From Lama guanicoe (lineage: Eukaryota), in NCBI GenBank assembly GCA_013239625.1, contig MU054132.1, forward strand, positions 62,001-126,000: a stretch of 64,000 bases of DNA, in the 5' to 3' direction. Each line of letters starts with the position of its first letter. Position 1 is the stretch's first letter. The position numbers and the translations under genes were made by a program. The notes beneath the pieces are model-generated. The model made no database searches. It saw nothing but the letters and a program-made list of their open reading frames with translations, and had not been told where the DNA came from. Below, piece by piece: positions 49,708 through 62,200 of this stretch.

Positions 49708-50357
49708 TGTGGTTATTTCTAGGTGGTGGGATTTTTTTGCCCCCATGCACTTTTCTGGTTTCTATGGTAAGGGTGTATGACATCTGTTTGCACATGGTAC
49801 ATGATGACTACAATGGGCTTAAAACTGATGGATCTGGAAGAGCCGAGAGCTCAAGCCAGTTTTTTTTCCTGGCTTTGGTGTGTGTGCTTTGCTGGAGGGA
49901 CAAGATTTGCTTCCATTATTTAAATCCTACTAGATGCACAATTCAGGTTTTTCCAAATTAATGCCCTGTAGATGCAAAATTCCAAATGAGTGGATTTTTT
50001 TTTTCAATGTCCAATGGACAGAAGGTGAAATAATGTGGTTATTTCTAGGTGGTGGGATTTTTTGCCCCCATGCACTTTTCTGGTTTCTATGGTAAGGGTG
50101 TATGACATCTGTTTGCACATGGTACATGATGACTACAATGGGCTTAAAACTGATGGATCTGGAAGAGCTGAGAGCTCAAGCCAGTTTTTTTTCCTGGCTT
50201 TGGTGTGTGTGCTTTGCTGGAGGGACAAGATTTGCTTCCATTATTTAAATCCTACTAGATGCACAATTCAGGTTTTTCCAAATTAATGCCCTGTAGATGC
50301 AAAATTCCAAATGAGTGGATTTTTTTTTTCAATGTCCAATGGACAGAAGGTGAAATA
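49708..50357. repeat. Tandem duplication, two copies of about 325 bp
   Basis: 49708-50032 and 50034-50357 differ only by one T in a homopolymer and one C/T substitution. Confidence 0.97.
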
Positions 50358-50809
50358 GGATAAGTAGGGAAACAGTGAGAGACACCCCAGAAAGCTCAGA
50401 GCCTGAGGATGGGCCACTCAGGCTGGAGGGCTGTTCTGGCCACTTACTGGCAGTGGGGCCCAGTTTCCCATCTGAACCTGGGCTAGTCTCTACACTACCG
50501 TGTTGTTAGAATTAAGTGAACGAAACGGAACACTAGCACAAAGAGTTTCTCAACAAATGTCACGTTTCTTCTCTTTCTACCTTCCTATTTACCACAAAGT
50601 GCTTTAAAACATTTTTTGGCCCGGAAATGGAAAAACGTTTTAAAACAAAACAGTATTGAAAGAAGACTTCTCTTTCACTTGCATGCAGCTGCTGTGATCC
50701 CTAAGCACGCCAGGCTGGAACCACGTTTTCCAAACTTGGGCACTCACATTCCGCCTTGATTCGGGCCACGTCATCTATGCTTAATTTTTTTCTTTACATC
50801 AACTCATTT

Positions 50810-51680
50810 TTGTATTGTGGTAAAACACACATAACATAAAACTTAACCATTTCAACCATTTTTAAGTATAAAGTTCAGTGGCATTCAGTACACTCACATT
50901 ATTGGACAACTATCACCACCATATACTTCCAGAACTTTTTCATCTTTTCAAACTGAAATTCATCAAACAATAATTCACCATTCCTCCTCCCTGCAGCCCC
51001 TGGCAACCACTAGTCCACTTTCTGTGCCCATGAATTTATTCCAGACACCTTACATAAGTAGAATCATGTATATCATTTTGTGCCTGGCTTATTTCACTTA
51101 GCATACTGTCTTCAAGGTTCATCCATGCTGGACCACAGGTCAGATATTCATTCCTTTTAAAGGCTGAATATACTCTATTATATGAATATGCCACATTTTG
51201 TTATCCGTCCATCAATGGCATTTGGGTTAACTCCACCTTTTGGCTATTGTGAATAATGTGCTATGAACATTTGTATAGAAATATCCCTTCTAGCCCCTGC
51301 TTTCAATTCTGTGATATGTGTACTCACAAATGGAATTGCTAGATCAGACTGTAATTCTATGTTTTAATTTTCTGAAGAACCACCATACTGTTTCTCACTA
51401 CAGCTTCACCATTTTACATTCCCATCAGCAGTGCACCAGGGTGCCAATTTCCCCACATCCTCGTCAACACCCATTGCTTTCTGGGCTTTGCTTTTTTCTC
51501 ACAATAGCTATCCTAGAGGGTGTTGTGTAGTATTTCATGTGGTTCTTTTTTTTTTTAACTATTTTTTTAATTGAAGTGTAGTTGATTTATAATGTTAGTT
51601 TCATGTGCAGAGCAGAACAATTCAGTTTCATGTGGTTTTGATTTGCATTTCCCTAATGATTGGTGATGTTGAACATTTAC
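50810..51680 (-). mobile_element. L1M 3' end, minus strand
   Basis: ccctggcaaccac...tggcttatttcacttagca...cccatcagcagtgcac...tttgcatttccctaatga. Confidence 0.85.
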
Positions 51681-54600
51681 CCACTTATTTTTTTTAAAAA
51701 TGCTTTTTACTCATAAGAACAATAGCATTTGTGAAGTCCTGGATAATTTATACCAGTCTTGAAATTTAAAGAAAATAATTATGAGTAATAGCTTTCACCT
51801 GTATGCCATCTAAGATCATGAACCAGAGGCACATTTTGGAAAATGGTATCCAAGGGGATGTAAAAGATTCTATATTCTACCCTCAAAAGCCTTACAGGCT
51901 TTTCAAAGCAATGTGTCCACATGGGAACCACACCTGGGTCCACACACCTGGGTCCACACTGGCTGGAAAGCCTTTTACCCTTTGACCTTGTCACTCTGTG
52001 TGGGTGGACTTGCCCTGGTTCACTCAGAACAGTGTTGCTGACCCGGAGACCTAACATCAGAGAAGAGTTTACTGCACAGGGACTCAACCTTAACCTTGGA
52101 CTATGACCACCTTTAATATGCCACCTTTAGAAAGAATTTTTAATGACATGAAATGTGTAAAACCCAATGTCAGGTAAGAAAGGCAGTGTGGCTTCAACTA
52201 GAATTCTTTAAAAGTAGGAAACATGAAAATATTGAAGTGGTCATTTCCAAGTGGAGGGATTATGGGTAACTTTTTATCTTTTTTTTCTCAGCTAAGTACA
52301 ATTACATTCAATTAATTTTATAATTGGGAAGTTAAGATTTTGTAAAGAGTAAAGGCAAGGTTTATTTGTGATGTTTGTGCTTGTGAGGTCACAGGTGATC
52401 CCAGTGGGGTCCATGGAAGGGCTCATGGGAGAGGGAGGCACTTAGCCTGGGGCCAACTATGAAATTACAAGAAAAAAAAATCAACTTCAAGATAAGTGGC
52501 TAAATGTACAAGAGCTGTCACTGTTTCAGTGAAATTCATGATAGTTATGCTATAATGACATCAATAAATAAAAGGAAACTAGAGGAAACTGTGGCCTCAT
52601 AAAAAAAAAATTGCTCTGGGATGAGCCTTAAGTCAGGTTCCCAGGAAGCTGACTTGGGGGGAGCTGAGCTGTCTGTGCACAGGAGGGGCTTCCCCGCTCC
52701 TGGGAGCAACACTCACAGGGTAAGAGAAGTTACCTGCCGTGTCGCAGCAGCAGCCGCCGTGCTGGGGTGAGTGCCACAGAGCTGATGCCGTGGGAGGTCC
52801 GGGGCTGGTGTGACCATTCAGAGTTGTCCCCACCTGCAGCGAGGGGGCGGGCCTTCGGACTCCCAGTCAGCAAGTCATCGAACACAGGCTGCACCTGGGA
52901 AGGGGTGAGACCTTGGGTGAGTGGGCTCCCTTGAGACAAGGGCAGTTCCACCCAACGTGCGCAGCACCTGGGAGACCAAGTGCCGTGGTCCTGAGGGGGG
53001 AATCCAGACATCCATCCCAGTCAGCCCGTGTGATGTGGTTGCCACCTCCTCCAGGACTGCGATTGGTCCACTTTCCCCAGGAAACTTAAAGGGGGACAGG
53101 CTGCAGTCCCCAACACGGCAGCCCATCTCAGGGCACAGCTGATGAGTGACATTCCTCTCCTTGCTCCTCTCCCCATTCCACATCCCCCTAGCCTGAGCCA
53201 GCGCCTCTGCTGTTTCACATGGCTGGCTTGGTGGAGTCTGTGTGGATTCCTTAGGGGTCTGCATCCCTGATCTGCTGGCCCTTCTCAAGCTGTGGCTGCG
53301 GTATCTGCCCGCTGACCATCCAGGTGGGCAGGGAGAACCAAGACATGCCCCAGGGAATCCCTGCAGCAAGCAATTGTTAGGGGTTCTGTCCAGGGGAGGA
53401 AGCATCTCCTTGGCCTAGGTTCCCTTCAACCAATGGCCATTTCCAGGGAGCCACAGTTATGAGCCTCCCACAGCCAACACTCTCTTCTGATTCATCCGCC
53501 AGTGAGTCATGCCTCCCTGGGGGCCACTCCCCACTGTCTTTTCACACACTGACTGCTCGGCTCCTGCTGCTTCAATAACGATGAACAATCAGCTTCCATA
53601 CTCCCAACTCCTTGATCCATAATCACTCATTCTTTTGCCTTATGTGATTTTATGAAACCTGTATACCGTTTCACACGCCACTGTAGCTGGCAGTGTTCTG
53701 CGAATAATGACACAACTGTTAATGGTTAACTGCTTCCTTCTTTTCATAGCTTAGACATTCATCAGGCATGCTGAGGAAGTCCCATTTAGTAGCGAATATT
53801 TTCCTTTAGGGGACTTTCTTTCCCCCTAATAAGATCCTATAACAACCAAAAACAAAACAGGAAGGGAAGAGGGGAGGAAACGAAACTCAGGGAGCCTGAC
53901 TACCAGACACTTTGCCTGCAAGACTTCCCATTCTGAACCCAGATTAATCAGTACAGGTAGCTCACAACACACAATAGGAAAGCACCCTGGGCCCTGCTGG
54001 CCAGGCACTGGCCACCCAGGACTGACAACTTCAAAGGCTGGTCAAGGAGCACAGCAAGTATAATCCCCACAGTTTGAAAGCTGGCATAGATGTCCAGGCC
54101 TTAAGAAGTGGTCATGAACCTTAAGAATGTAATGCCCACTTTGGCAGAGGTACAGCTGGGCCTGTATATGCAAGCATTTTGCAACCAGGAGGATAAACAC
54201 AGTCTGCATCTCCCCCTCCCACTTTTCTTATCTCCCTACCCCTCACCCAACCACTGGAGCTGAATCCCCTCACGGGTCTCTCACAGATTGCATGACACTC
54301 CATCACCCAGACTTGTTTTCATGTCTGTCTCCCCCACTGCTCTGTCAGCATCCTTGGCACCTGGGTGCCAACCGCTGGGGACCCTTGATCAGCTCCAGAG
54401 ATGCTGTAGATGGAGGAGGGAGGGGGTGTGGAGAAGGGAAGAAGGGGAGGAAGGCAGGAGGGGGACTGGTTCCTTATCTTCTCCTTTCTCATTAACAGCT
54501 ATGTTATAAGACAATTAGCACTTCTTGAGACCACTTCCACATCCCACCCAGAGGGAAGATGATAAAGGAAGAACAGGCAGCAGGCCCTTTGACAAAGGCG

Positions 54601-54765
54601 TCCTCAGCATAGTCTGCGGCTCCTTCAGAGGAGAGGGCCCTCTCCAGTTCTGGTTGCTTCCAGGAGCCTCTGCGTCTCCTGGCAGACCCGGCCAGCTTCA
54701 CCCACTAGGTCAACTCTAATCAAGGGGGAAAAAAGGGGGCGGGGGGGGAATGAAAGCAGAAGAGG

Positions 54766-55207
54766 TGTTATCGAACACAAGTTCCCATGCCCAACTCACC
54801 GTGAGGCCAAAAAACAGCGAAACGTCGGAGTTCAGAGCGGAGAAAGGTTTACTGCAGCACGGAGCAAGGCGAACTAATGGCTCCTGCCCCCAAAAAACCC
54901 TCAACTCCCTGAAGGCTTTCAGCTGAGCTTTTTTAAAGACTAGCTGAGGGCGGGGCATCCCAGGTCTGTGATCAGCTGTGCACAATTTTCAGATTGATTG
55001 ATGGTGATCCATCCTTAGGCACCAGATGATCTCTGTGCTCATGATCATCAAGTAGTTAATTTCTTCCATTTGGTGGTGATTTTTAGCATCTGAAAAACTC
55101 AGGAAACATGTATGAGATACTATTATCTGGGTCCTTCAGAGAGGAGCTGCAGCAGAGGATATAGGGGCTGTCCCAGGAAGGCTCCTTAAGGGTCTCGCTG
55201 GGTTACA
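54766..55207 (-). mobile_element. Solo ERV LTR (442 bp) with 4-bp TSD GAGG
   Basis: GAGG|TGTTAT...GGTTACA|GAGG. Confidence 0.88.
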
Positions 55208-56164
55208 GAGGGAGCTCACATTCTTCTCCTAAGTGATATAGGACTTGGAGGTCCCACAATTATTTCTTATGCTGACTGTGTGATGTAAATTAACCCTTCA
55301 CAGATAAGTTCCAGTTGCATAGGGAGCTCTCCACGCACTAGGAATCAAAAGACAAGTGAGGAATTACCTGATTCTAAATCACTCAGTTTTGTTTTTAATT
55401 GGAAAAGGAAAAAAAAAAGCTAAGAACTATAGACTAGATAAATCAGAATGTAATCAATATCGATCAGAGAAATTGACATCAACTATTTTAGGATTTACCA
55501 GACTAGCCCATCAAAACAAAGCCCATGTGTTATGAAAAGAAAACCAAATCTTGTTTGGTATTGTGAAAAGTGAGATGTTCATTTTTCTGTAGTACTTGGA
55601 GATAGTTGGATAAAAGGTGATTCCCCCTCTAATGTGTGTCCTGGAACCATTGGTTGTAGAAATGCTTCAGTTACAAAAGCGTCCACAGCTCGCCCAGACA
55701 GAAGACGACCTCAGATAAGACCCTTTGCAAAAGATCCTTCCCTTAAAGCTTAAGGTTCTCTCTCTGCTCACAGTTGCTGACAGTGAACACCACCTACCCT
55801 TGGACTTAGCTTCATCTCAGTCAGCACAGGCATAGCTTAGCCAAGGGTCTTTGTTGCCCCAAGTCCAAGACTCCTCCCTCCCTGGGCAGAGGAAGGAGGA
55901 GGGAAGTCCACAAAGGGAGATAAGGCCAATTGCTCTGCAACTCCATGAGTCCCATAAAGCCCCAAGTGAGAAGCATCAGATGATGGCATCTGGGGATGTG
56001 CCCTCCTCACGTACCTTCTGGCCCAATCCCTGTCTTTCCCTCCAGCCTGAGAAACACATGGAAGTTCATTCTTTTCTCTGCCAGAGTGACTGAAGGCAGC
56101 TCACTCTGAATTCACTTGTGTCTCATCTCGCTTCTTATGTGAGGGAATAACAGCTGCCTGGGTC

Positions 56165-56400
56165 AGGGAGGGTGGGGTGGGGGGAGTAAATTAGGAGTTA
56201 AGGATTAGCAGATACAAACTACTATGTATAAAATAGATAAACAAGGTCCTGCAGTTATAGCACAGGGAACTATATTCAATATCTTATAATAGGCTGTAAG
56301 GAAAAAGAATATGTATGTATATATGTATGACTGAATTACTGTGCTGTACACCAGAAACTAACACAACATCGCAAATCAACTATTCTTCAATTTTAAAAAA
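56165..56400 (+). mobile_element. Short L1 3'-UTR fragment
   Basis: Same tail motif as 691-915 and 40550-40790. Confidence 0.85.
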
Positions 56401-56718
56401 GCTCAATTTTTGCTGCACCTAGAAACCAAACAAAAAGTTTCTAAGACAAAAAACAAACAAACAAAACTCAGCTGCCCAGTGTATCCAGGGCCCACAACTA
56501 CACCTAGTGTGCAGAATTGGAAAGATTGGACCCTCCTCCCAGATGGCCATGCTCCCCGAGTCCTCAGCCTCCTTCCAACCTGAAACTGCTGGGTGGGCAG
56601 AGCTGACTGCTGTTCTTTGCAATGGCTGTGGCCTTTCCCCTGGCGTCTGTCAATCACTGGGGCAGGTACTCACTGCGAAGTGAGTTGTCCCAACTTCCCA
56701 CTTAGAAATGGCCAAAAG

Positions 56719-56939
56719 TAAATTGGGAGTTTGAGATTTGCAGATACTACTATATATAAAATAGATAAACAATAATTTTCTTCTGTATAGCACAGGGAAA
56801 TGTATCTTGTAATAACCAATAATGAAAAAGAGTGTGGAAACAAGTATGTGTATGTATACGTATGACTGAAGCAGTGTGCTGTACACCAGAAATTGACACA
56901 ACATTGTAAACTGACTATAGTTCAATTTAAAAAAAAAAG
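56719..56939 (+). mobile_element. Short L1 3'-UTR fragment with degenerate TSD
   Basis: taaattgggagtttgagatttgcaga...poly(A); flanks agaaatggccaaaag and agagatggctgaaag. Confidence 0.85.
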
Positions 56940-58457
56940 AGAGATGGCTGAAAGGAGGCTCAGAGCTCGATATATACACATATGCACCCATTCAACATGT
57001 TTCTGGAGCTCATGCAGCAGCTCAGATCATTTTTATTGAAGGGCCAGGAACCCTTGGACCTGGAGGAAGCCAAGTGAGTCCTTTCCTGGCACATGGGGGG
57101 AAATCTCCTTCTTGGGTGGGGCCTCTGCTGGGAAGAGGAGTGGTGAGAAAGATGGGCCTTTAAAGAGGACAGAGAAGAGCAGGAAACCACAGATGCACCT
57201 TCTCAGGCTGCCAAGAGCCGGCTGGCCAAACCTTGGTTTCTTTCCCAACACAGAGGGTTTGGACTCCCACAGCCTAAAAGGAAATTTCAGCCCCACCCAT
57301 TGCTAGCAAGTCACCTAAAGGCCTGTGCTGCTGGCAGAATGAAGGTGCGGGCAGGCTGTTCATCACCGTCCCTGCCAGCATTGGTGCCGACATGGGAGTG
57401 AGGCTCCAGAAAAGTTTTGGAAGGGAGAGGGGAGCAGTCCTCCCACTGTGCTTCCCAGTAATCAGCTCCCTCCCTGTAAGGCTCTTCCCACCATTTCCCC
57501 TGGGCTGCCTCGTACAGTGTGTGCTCAACGCCCCTCACCAATCACTGCTGAGCACGGGCCCCAGTTCTAAAGCAATGGCTTTAGAAATTGGGCAGATTAG
57601 GTTCTCGTGTAAATGGATTATTAAGAGGGTTATATTCCTCTCTTCTTTCCTTCCCTTTATTTATTTATTCTTCTGCAGTCATTCTAGCAAAACATTTCAG
57701 AGTCCCACCCTGACACAGTAGTGCTGAGTAACTTGAGTTCACACCTCAGGGCAGCTCACCAGTTCCCAGGGCCCTTCAAGGGCCATGGCGGGAGGTGGCC
57801 AGGCTCACCCAAGCCTTTCTGTGCCCGGCCTCTGCCTTGGGAGATATTTGGATTAAAAACCAGTAGATGATTCCCCCAGAATGTCAGGGGTAGCTCACTC
57901 TTCATTGTTCTTGCCTTAAAACAATGTTTGCACCTGCCCAAGCCGGCAGCCCCAGCAGGTAGAGGGGTTCATCCTTCCCCAAGGTGAAGGTGAAGACCAG
58001 GCCAGTCTCCTGACTCCCAGGCTGGAGGCAGGAGGAGCAGCAGCCGTCTGGGGCTCCGCTCTCTGCCCCAAGCTAGCCTCTTCCGACCTGCCAGGACAGC
58101 AGCCCTGTGACCAGGAGTCTGAAAGCTCAGCAATTCCTTCCCTGAACTCAGCCCCCAACTGTGGGCTCCCCCACTTTGATGTGAATGGGATGTCCCCTCA
58201 GTAAGGGCTCGCCCTCACCATTTGGGGCCCCACTGAGAGCTCTTCTTCTTAGAGAAGCTGGCCGCTCTGAGGTCACCCCTCCCAGGTACCCTCCATTACA
58301 AGGTGTTTTTTGCCCTGGTGTTGGCTCATTGTCATCATATTTACTTGCATGTTGTCTCTGTCCCTCCACAGGCACAGGGATTTGAGCTCCATGAGGCTGA
58401 GGTCCCCTGTGCTTTGTTCACTGATATATCTAGAAAATGCTCAGCACATAGCAGTAG

Positions 58458-59030
58458 AACTGAGCAGGGCATTCCCAGGACAGATCCCCCCGTGTCCTCC
58501 TCCTATCTCTTGTTTGTAGTAAAACTTTAGCCTCCCAGGCCTTCCCCAAGTTCCAAAGAGTACATTTAATTGGAGAAGTGGGAAAATGCAGAAACAAAGG
58601 AAAACAAAATAATAATAGTTTAGCCATTAAACAAAATCAAGGACATTTAGCTCTTTCTCAAGGGTTATAGATAATATTCTTAGCCAAACCCTTTGAGCTG
58701 TTTTGCAGATACTGAAAGCTCCACCAGCAGTTCATTATACACTGCCCACAAGCCCGAAGACCAGTTGGAACCAGAAGGTTGATGCTGTTGACTCCCGATT
58801 ACCTTACCACCAACCAATCAGAAGAACGCCCACGAGCCGATCATGCACCCTGCAACCCTCTCCTTCCTTCACTCTGTCTTTAAAAACCTTTCCCTGAAAG
58901 CCACCCAGGAACTGGAGTTTTTGAAGCACTGGCTGCCTGAATGCCTCGCCTAATGCCCTTCACCACAGTCCAGAGATGGCAGACTGATTGGCTTTACTGC
59001 GTGTGGCCGAGAGGACACAGTTCAGTAACA
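58458..59030 (+). mobile_element. Solo ERV LTR, 5' TG eroded, TSD GTAG
   Basis: Ends ttcagtaaca|gtag with gtag also at 58454-58457; CCAAT and ctttaaaa TATA-like motifs inside. Confidence 0.7.
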
Positions 59031-59101
59031 GTAGGTGACAAACAAATCCTTGAAAGTAAGTGAAGGAGCCCTGCCTTGTATTGTTACATTGAAAGGTTTT
59101 G

Positions 59102-59287
59102 AGAATAGATAAACAAGATTATATGGTATAGCACAGGGAAATACAAGATCTGGTGGTGGCTCACAGCAAGAAAAAATGTGATAATAGATATATGTATGTT
59201 CATGTATAACTGAAAAATTGTGCTCTACACTGGAATTTGACACCACATTGTAAAATGACTATAACTCAATAAAAAAAAGTTTTAAAA
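59102..59287 (+). mobile_element. Short L1 3'-UTR fragment with 10-bp TSD
   Basis: AAAGGTTTTG at 59092-59101 and 59288-59297; A-rich tail. Confidence 0.88.
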
Positions 59288-62200
59288 AAAGGTTTTGGGT
59301 TTAGGGCTCTTCTTTAACCAGGCTTTCGGCCGTTTATTCAGCTACATTATAAAACAGTGTTAGAGCTGCAGCCCCCACCGGAGCCCCCATCTGAAGGGGG
59401 AGGCAGGTGGCCTAAACTCACACACAGAGTCACCCGTTACCTTTCTTCCAGCTGATGTCATGACGACAGTACAGCAATGACTGGCACATGCCAAGTCCCG
59501 TGGGACCCAGGAGCGGCCAGGACCAGGCACAGGTGAGGGGCAGTGAGCAGGGCCTGGAGCACAGTGACCGCCGGGCTTCCAGGGCTCGGCTCCGCCTGCT
59601 GCTTCGGAGCCGAGGGACTGCGGGTGACTGCTGGAGGCACTGCTCTCAGCTGCAGAGGGGAGAGAAAACGTGCCCGGCGGGGCCTGCGTGAGGCTGAGAC
59701 CCGGGTGGAAAGTGGCTGGAGTTGCCATCGGCCCTCAGGAAGCCAGCTGTCCTTGTCTTTATCTTCACTGCACAGAAAACCAGTCTTTACTAGGCAAATG
59801 CCAAGAATAAAATGTGTCGCATCACGAATATATAATTTGGGTGTACTGCCAAAGAGGCATCCCGTCACAAGGGGCCAGGCAGTGGTGACTGGATTAGAGT
59901 TTCAAGTGTGTACTGCTTGTATGGAAACTTTCTTAACAAGGCAAACCACCGCTAGAAGCTCTGAACCACGGAGGGGCTCACTGTGAAGGAAACCCAGTGG
60001 CTCTATGACTGTGGGTGGACATTAACTGTCTAAATCTCACGTTCCTTGTCTCCACACCAGGGTTAGTATCAACACCCATGATCCAAAGATCGTTGTGGGG
60101 ATGAGAGAGAGCGGGCAGGGGCCCTGCTGGATGGAGTCCTGCATCCGGAAAGGACACAATGCCTCATGCAGAGCCAGGACTCAGGACAGTGCGGGCAGGG
60201 ACTGCATGCCCAGCAACGCCCAGGACCCACCTCCAACACAAGAAATGTGGGGGCGGGAGGAAGTGACTCAAAACCAAAAAAAGGGTTCATGTGCCCTCTG
60301 TCCCTCCCTGGCCATGAGGCCCCGGGGCACATCACGTCACTTCTCAGTTTCTTACCAGCGAATTGAGACTGGCTGACACATGGGCTCCAAACTCTGCGGC
60401 TCTGATTTTTCGCGTTTCTCAAAGCATTTGGAATTCGGTGCAAGATGGTTTCAGATTTGTCGCCTAAAAGCGCAAAGCCCACACCTTCCCAGACAACGGC
60501 CGCAGACCTTTCTCCTACCTCTCCTGGAGTTCTTGAACCTGACTGTTTTCTCGAAGCTTCTCAAGGCTTTTTTCTCCCTGTTTCCTTCCTGACTTCTTAG
60601 GCTGCTCACTTTTTCTCCTTACTGTGCTTTTCCCAAGCTCACATGTTAGCACCTTCACAGCCCCAACTCCTCCGGTTGGAATTTTCCATCTGTATTACAC
60701 TTTCCCCCTCATTTTCAGAGCGAGATGGAGAAGCTGCTCTCACCTTTAAGATGCTGTCTCAGCTCTTCGACTGCTCCTTGTTCTCCAAATGCCTGGCATT
60801 CGGACCAACCTCAAGGAGTCTCTGGCTCATGCCGACTCCATTACGAGGTGTTGTAAAATATGAACTAGAAGGGCCTGAGCCCACCCAACCAGTCACCAAG
60901 CGGTGGCCCCTGATGGCTGATGTGGGCTCCGCTGGTATGGCCCCCTGCCCCCATCTCAGCATAAGGGGCGCAGGGCATGTGCAGGGAGAGACACAGAGGT
61001 CCGGAGATTCAGTGAGGTGGGGCGCACGGAGGGTAAGATGTACGGGCTTTAAATACCTCCTCCCTACCCTGGGGCTCTCCTGACCCATCTGAGCATCCTC
61101 ACTTGCCACAGAGCCCAGGCTTCAGGGATTTTTAACCAATTACCTTTCATGGGGAGGTTGGTCTCCAGCTCTTTACTGTCTCTGCAAAGATCATCCTTAT
61201 GCCCATATATTTGTACACTTGTGTAATTGCTAATTGCTTTAGTGGAATTGTAAAATTATGATACAAACTACCAAATTATCCTTAAAAATATATATATATA
61301 TATTTTTAAATTCTAAAAGTAGGCCCTCATAAGCTTGTGGTGAGAATAAGTCAGGACAACCTGACACGATTGCCTCCAACTGACCTGGGCTACACTTTGA
61401 ATTTATCCCCCCGAGAAGAATTGCACGTGTGCACAAAGGTGTACAGATAAGGGTGGCATAACTCGTAAAGGCAACATTCTAGAAACAACTAAAGGCCTAT
61501 CTATAAGGGAATGATTAAACAAGTATGGTGCATCCGTAACAAGGTAGATAGCCCATCTGAACACGTACCTGTTAAAATGACGAATCTGTGCATGAATCTA
61601 TATGCACAGACCTGGAAAGAATTTAAAGTTGAAGCATGCATGTAGAACATTGCACTTATATTTAAAAAGCCACATGTCTTATTTCTACATAGATCTGTAT
61701 TCGTACCTAGAAAAATGACTGGGAGACACATCAAACTCGGGAGTGGCTGTACCCGAAAAGGCAAGTGAGACTGAGTCAGGGTGATAGGATATGGTGCTGA
61801 AGGGAGGTGTTCGTGTCTAATTCTAGGTGTCTCTGTGTTCTTGCAACTTTTTATGCCAAAAACAAGAAAACAAACAAACAAAGAACTCATCTATTACTTA
61901 TTATAAAAGTAAAGCAACTCATGAATCCTCATACATTAGCATAATAGGATAAGTTCTAAGTGTACATTTCCACCAAATGACTCTGAAAGTGCCCGTTTAC
62001 CTACATCATCTCCACACTGCGCATCAGCACTTTTATTCGTCAGCAAATGCTTCAGACTACTATTCCATTACTATTGTCATTAGCGTTGTTTGAAAATGAC
62101 GCTGAACATCTTTTTCTGTGTTTATTGGCTACCAGTATTTCTCCTTCTAAGACGGCCTCTTTGTGTCCTTTGCCTAATTTTGGATTAGACCGTTATCTCT

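Noticed and set aside
49737..50286. Two near-identical 74/83-aa ORFs
   Set aside because: Product of the tandem duplication; non-ATG starts and no coding signature
52633..53405. Minus-strand ORFs up to 176 aa and a 100-nt exon-like segment (52734-52833)
   Set aside because: GC-rich, probably old LTR-derived sequence; no recognisable protein and no partner exons found
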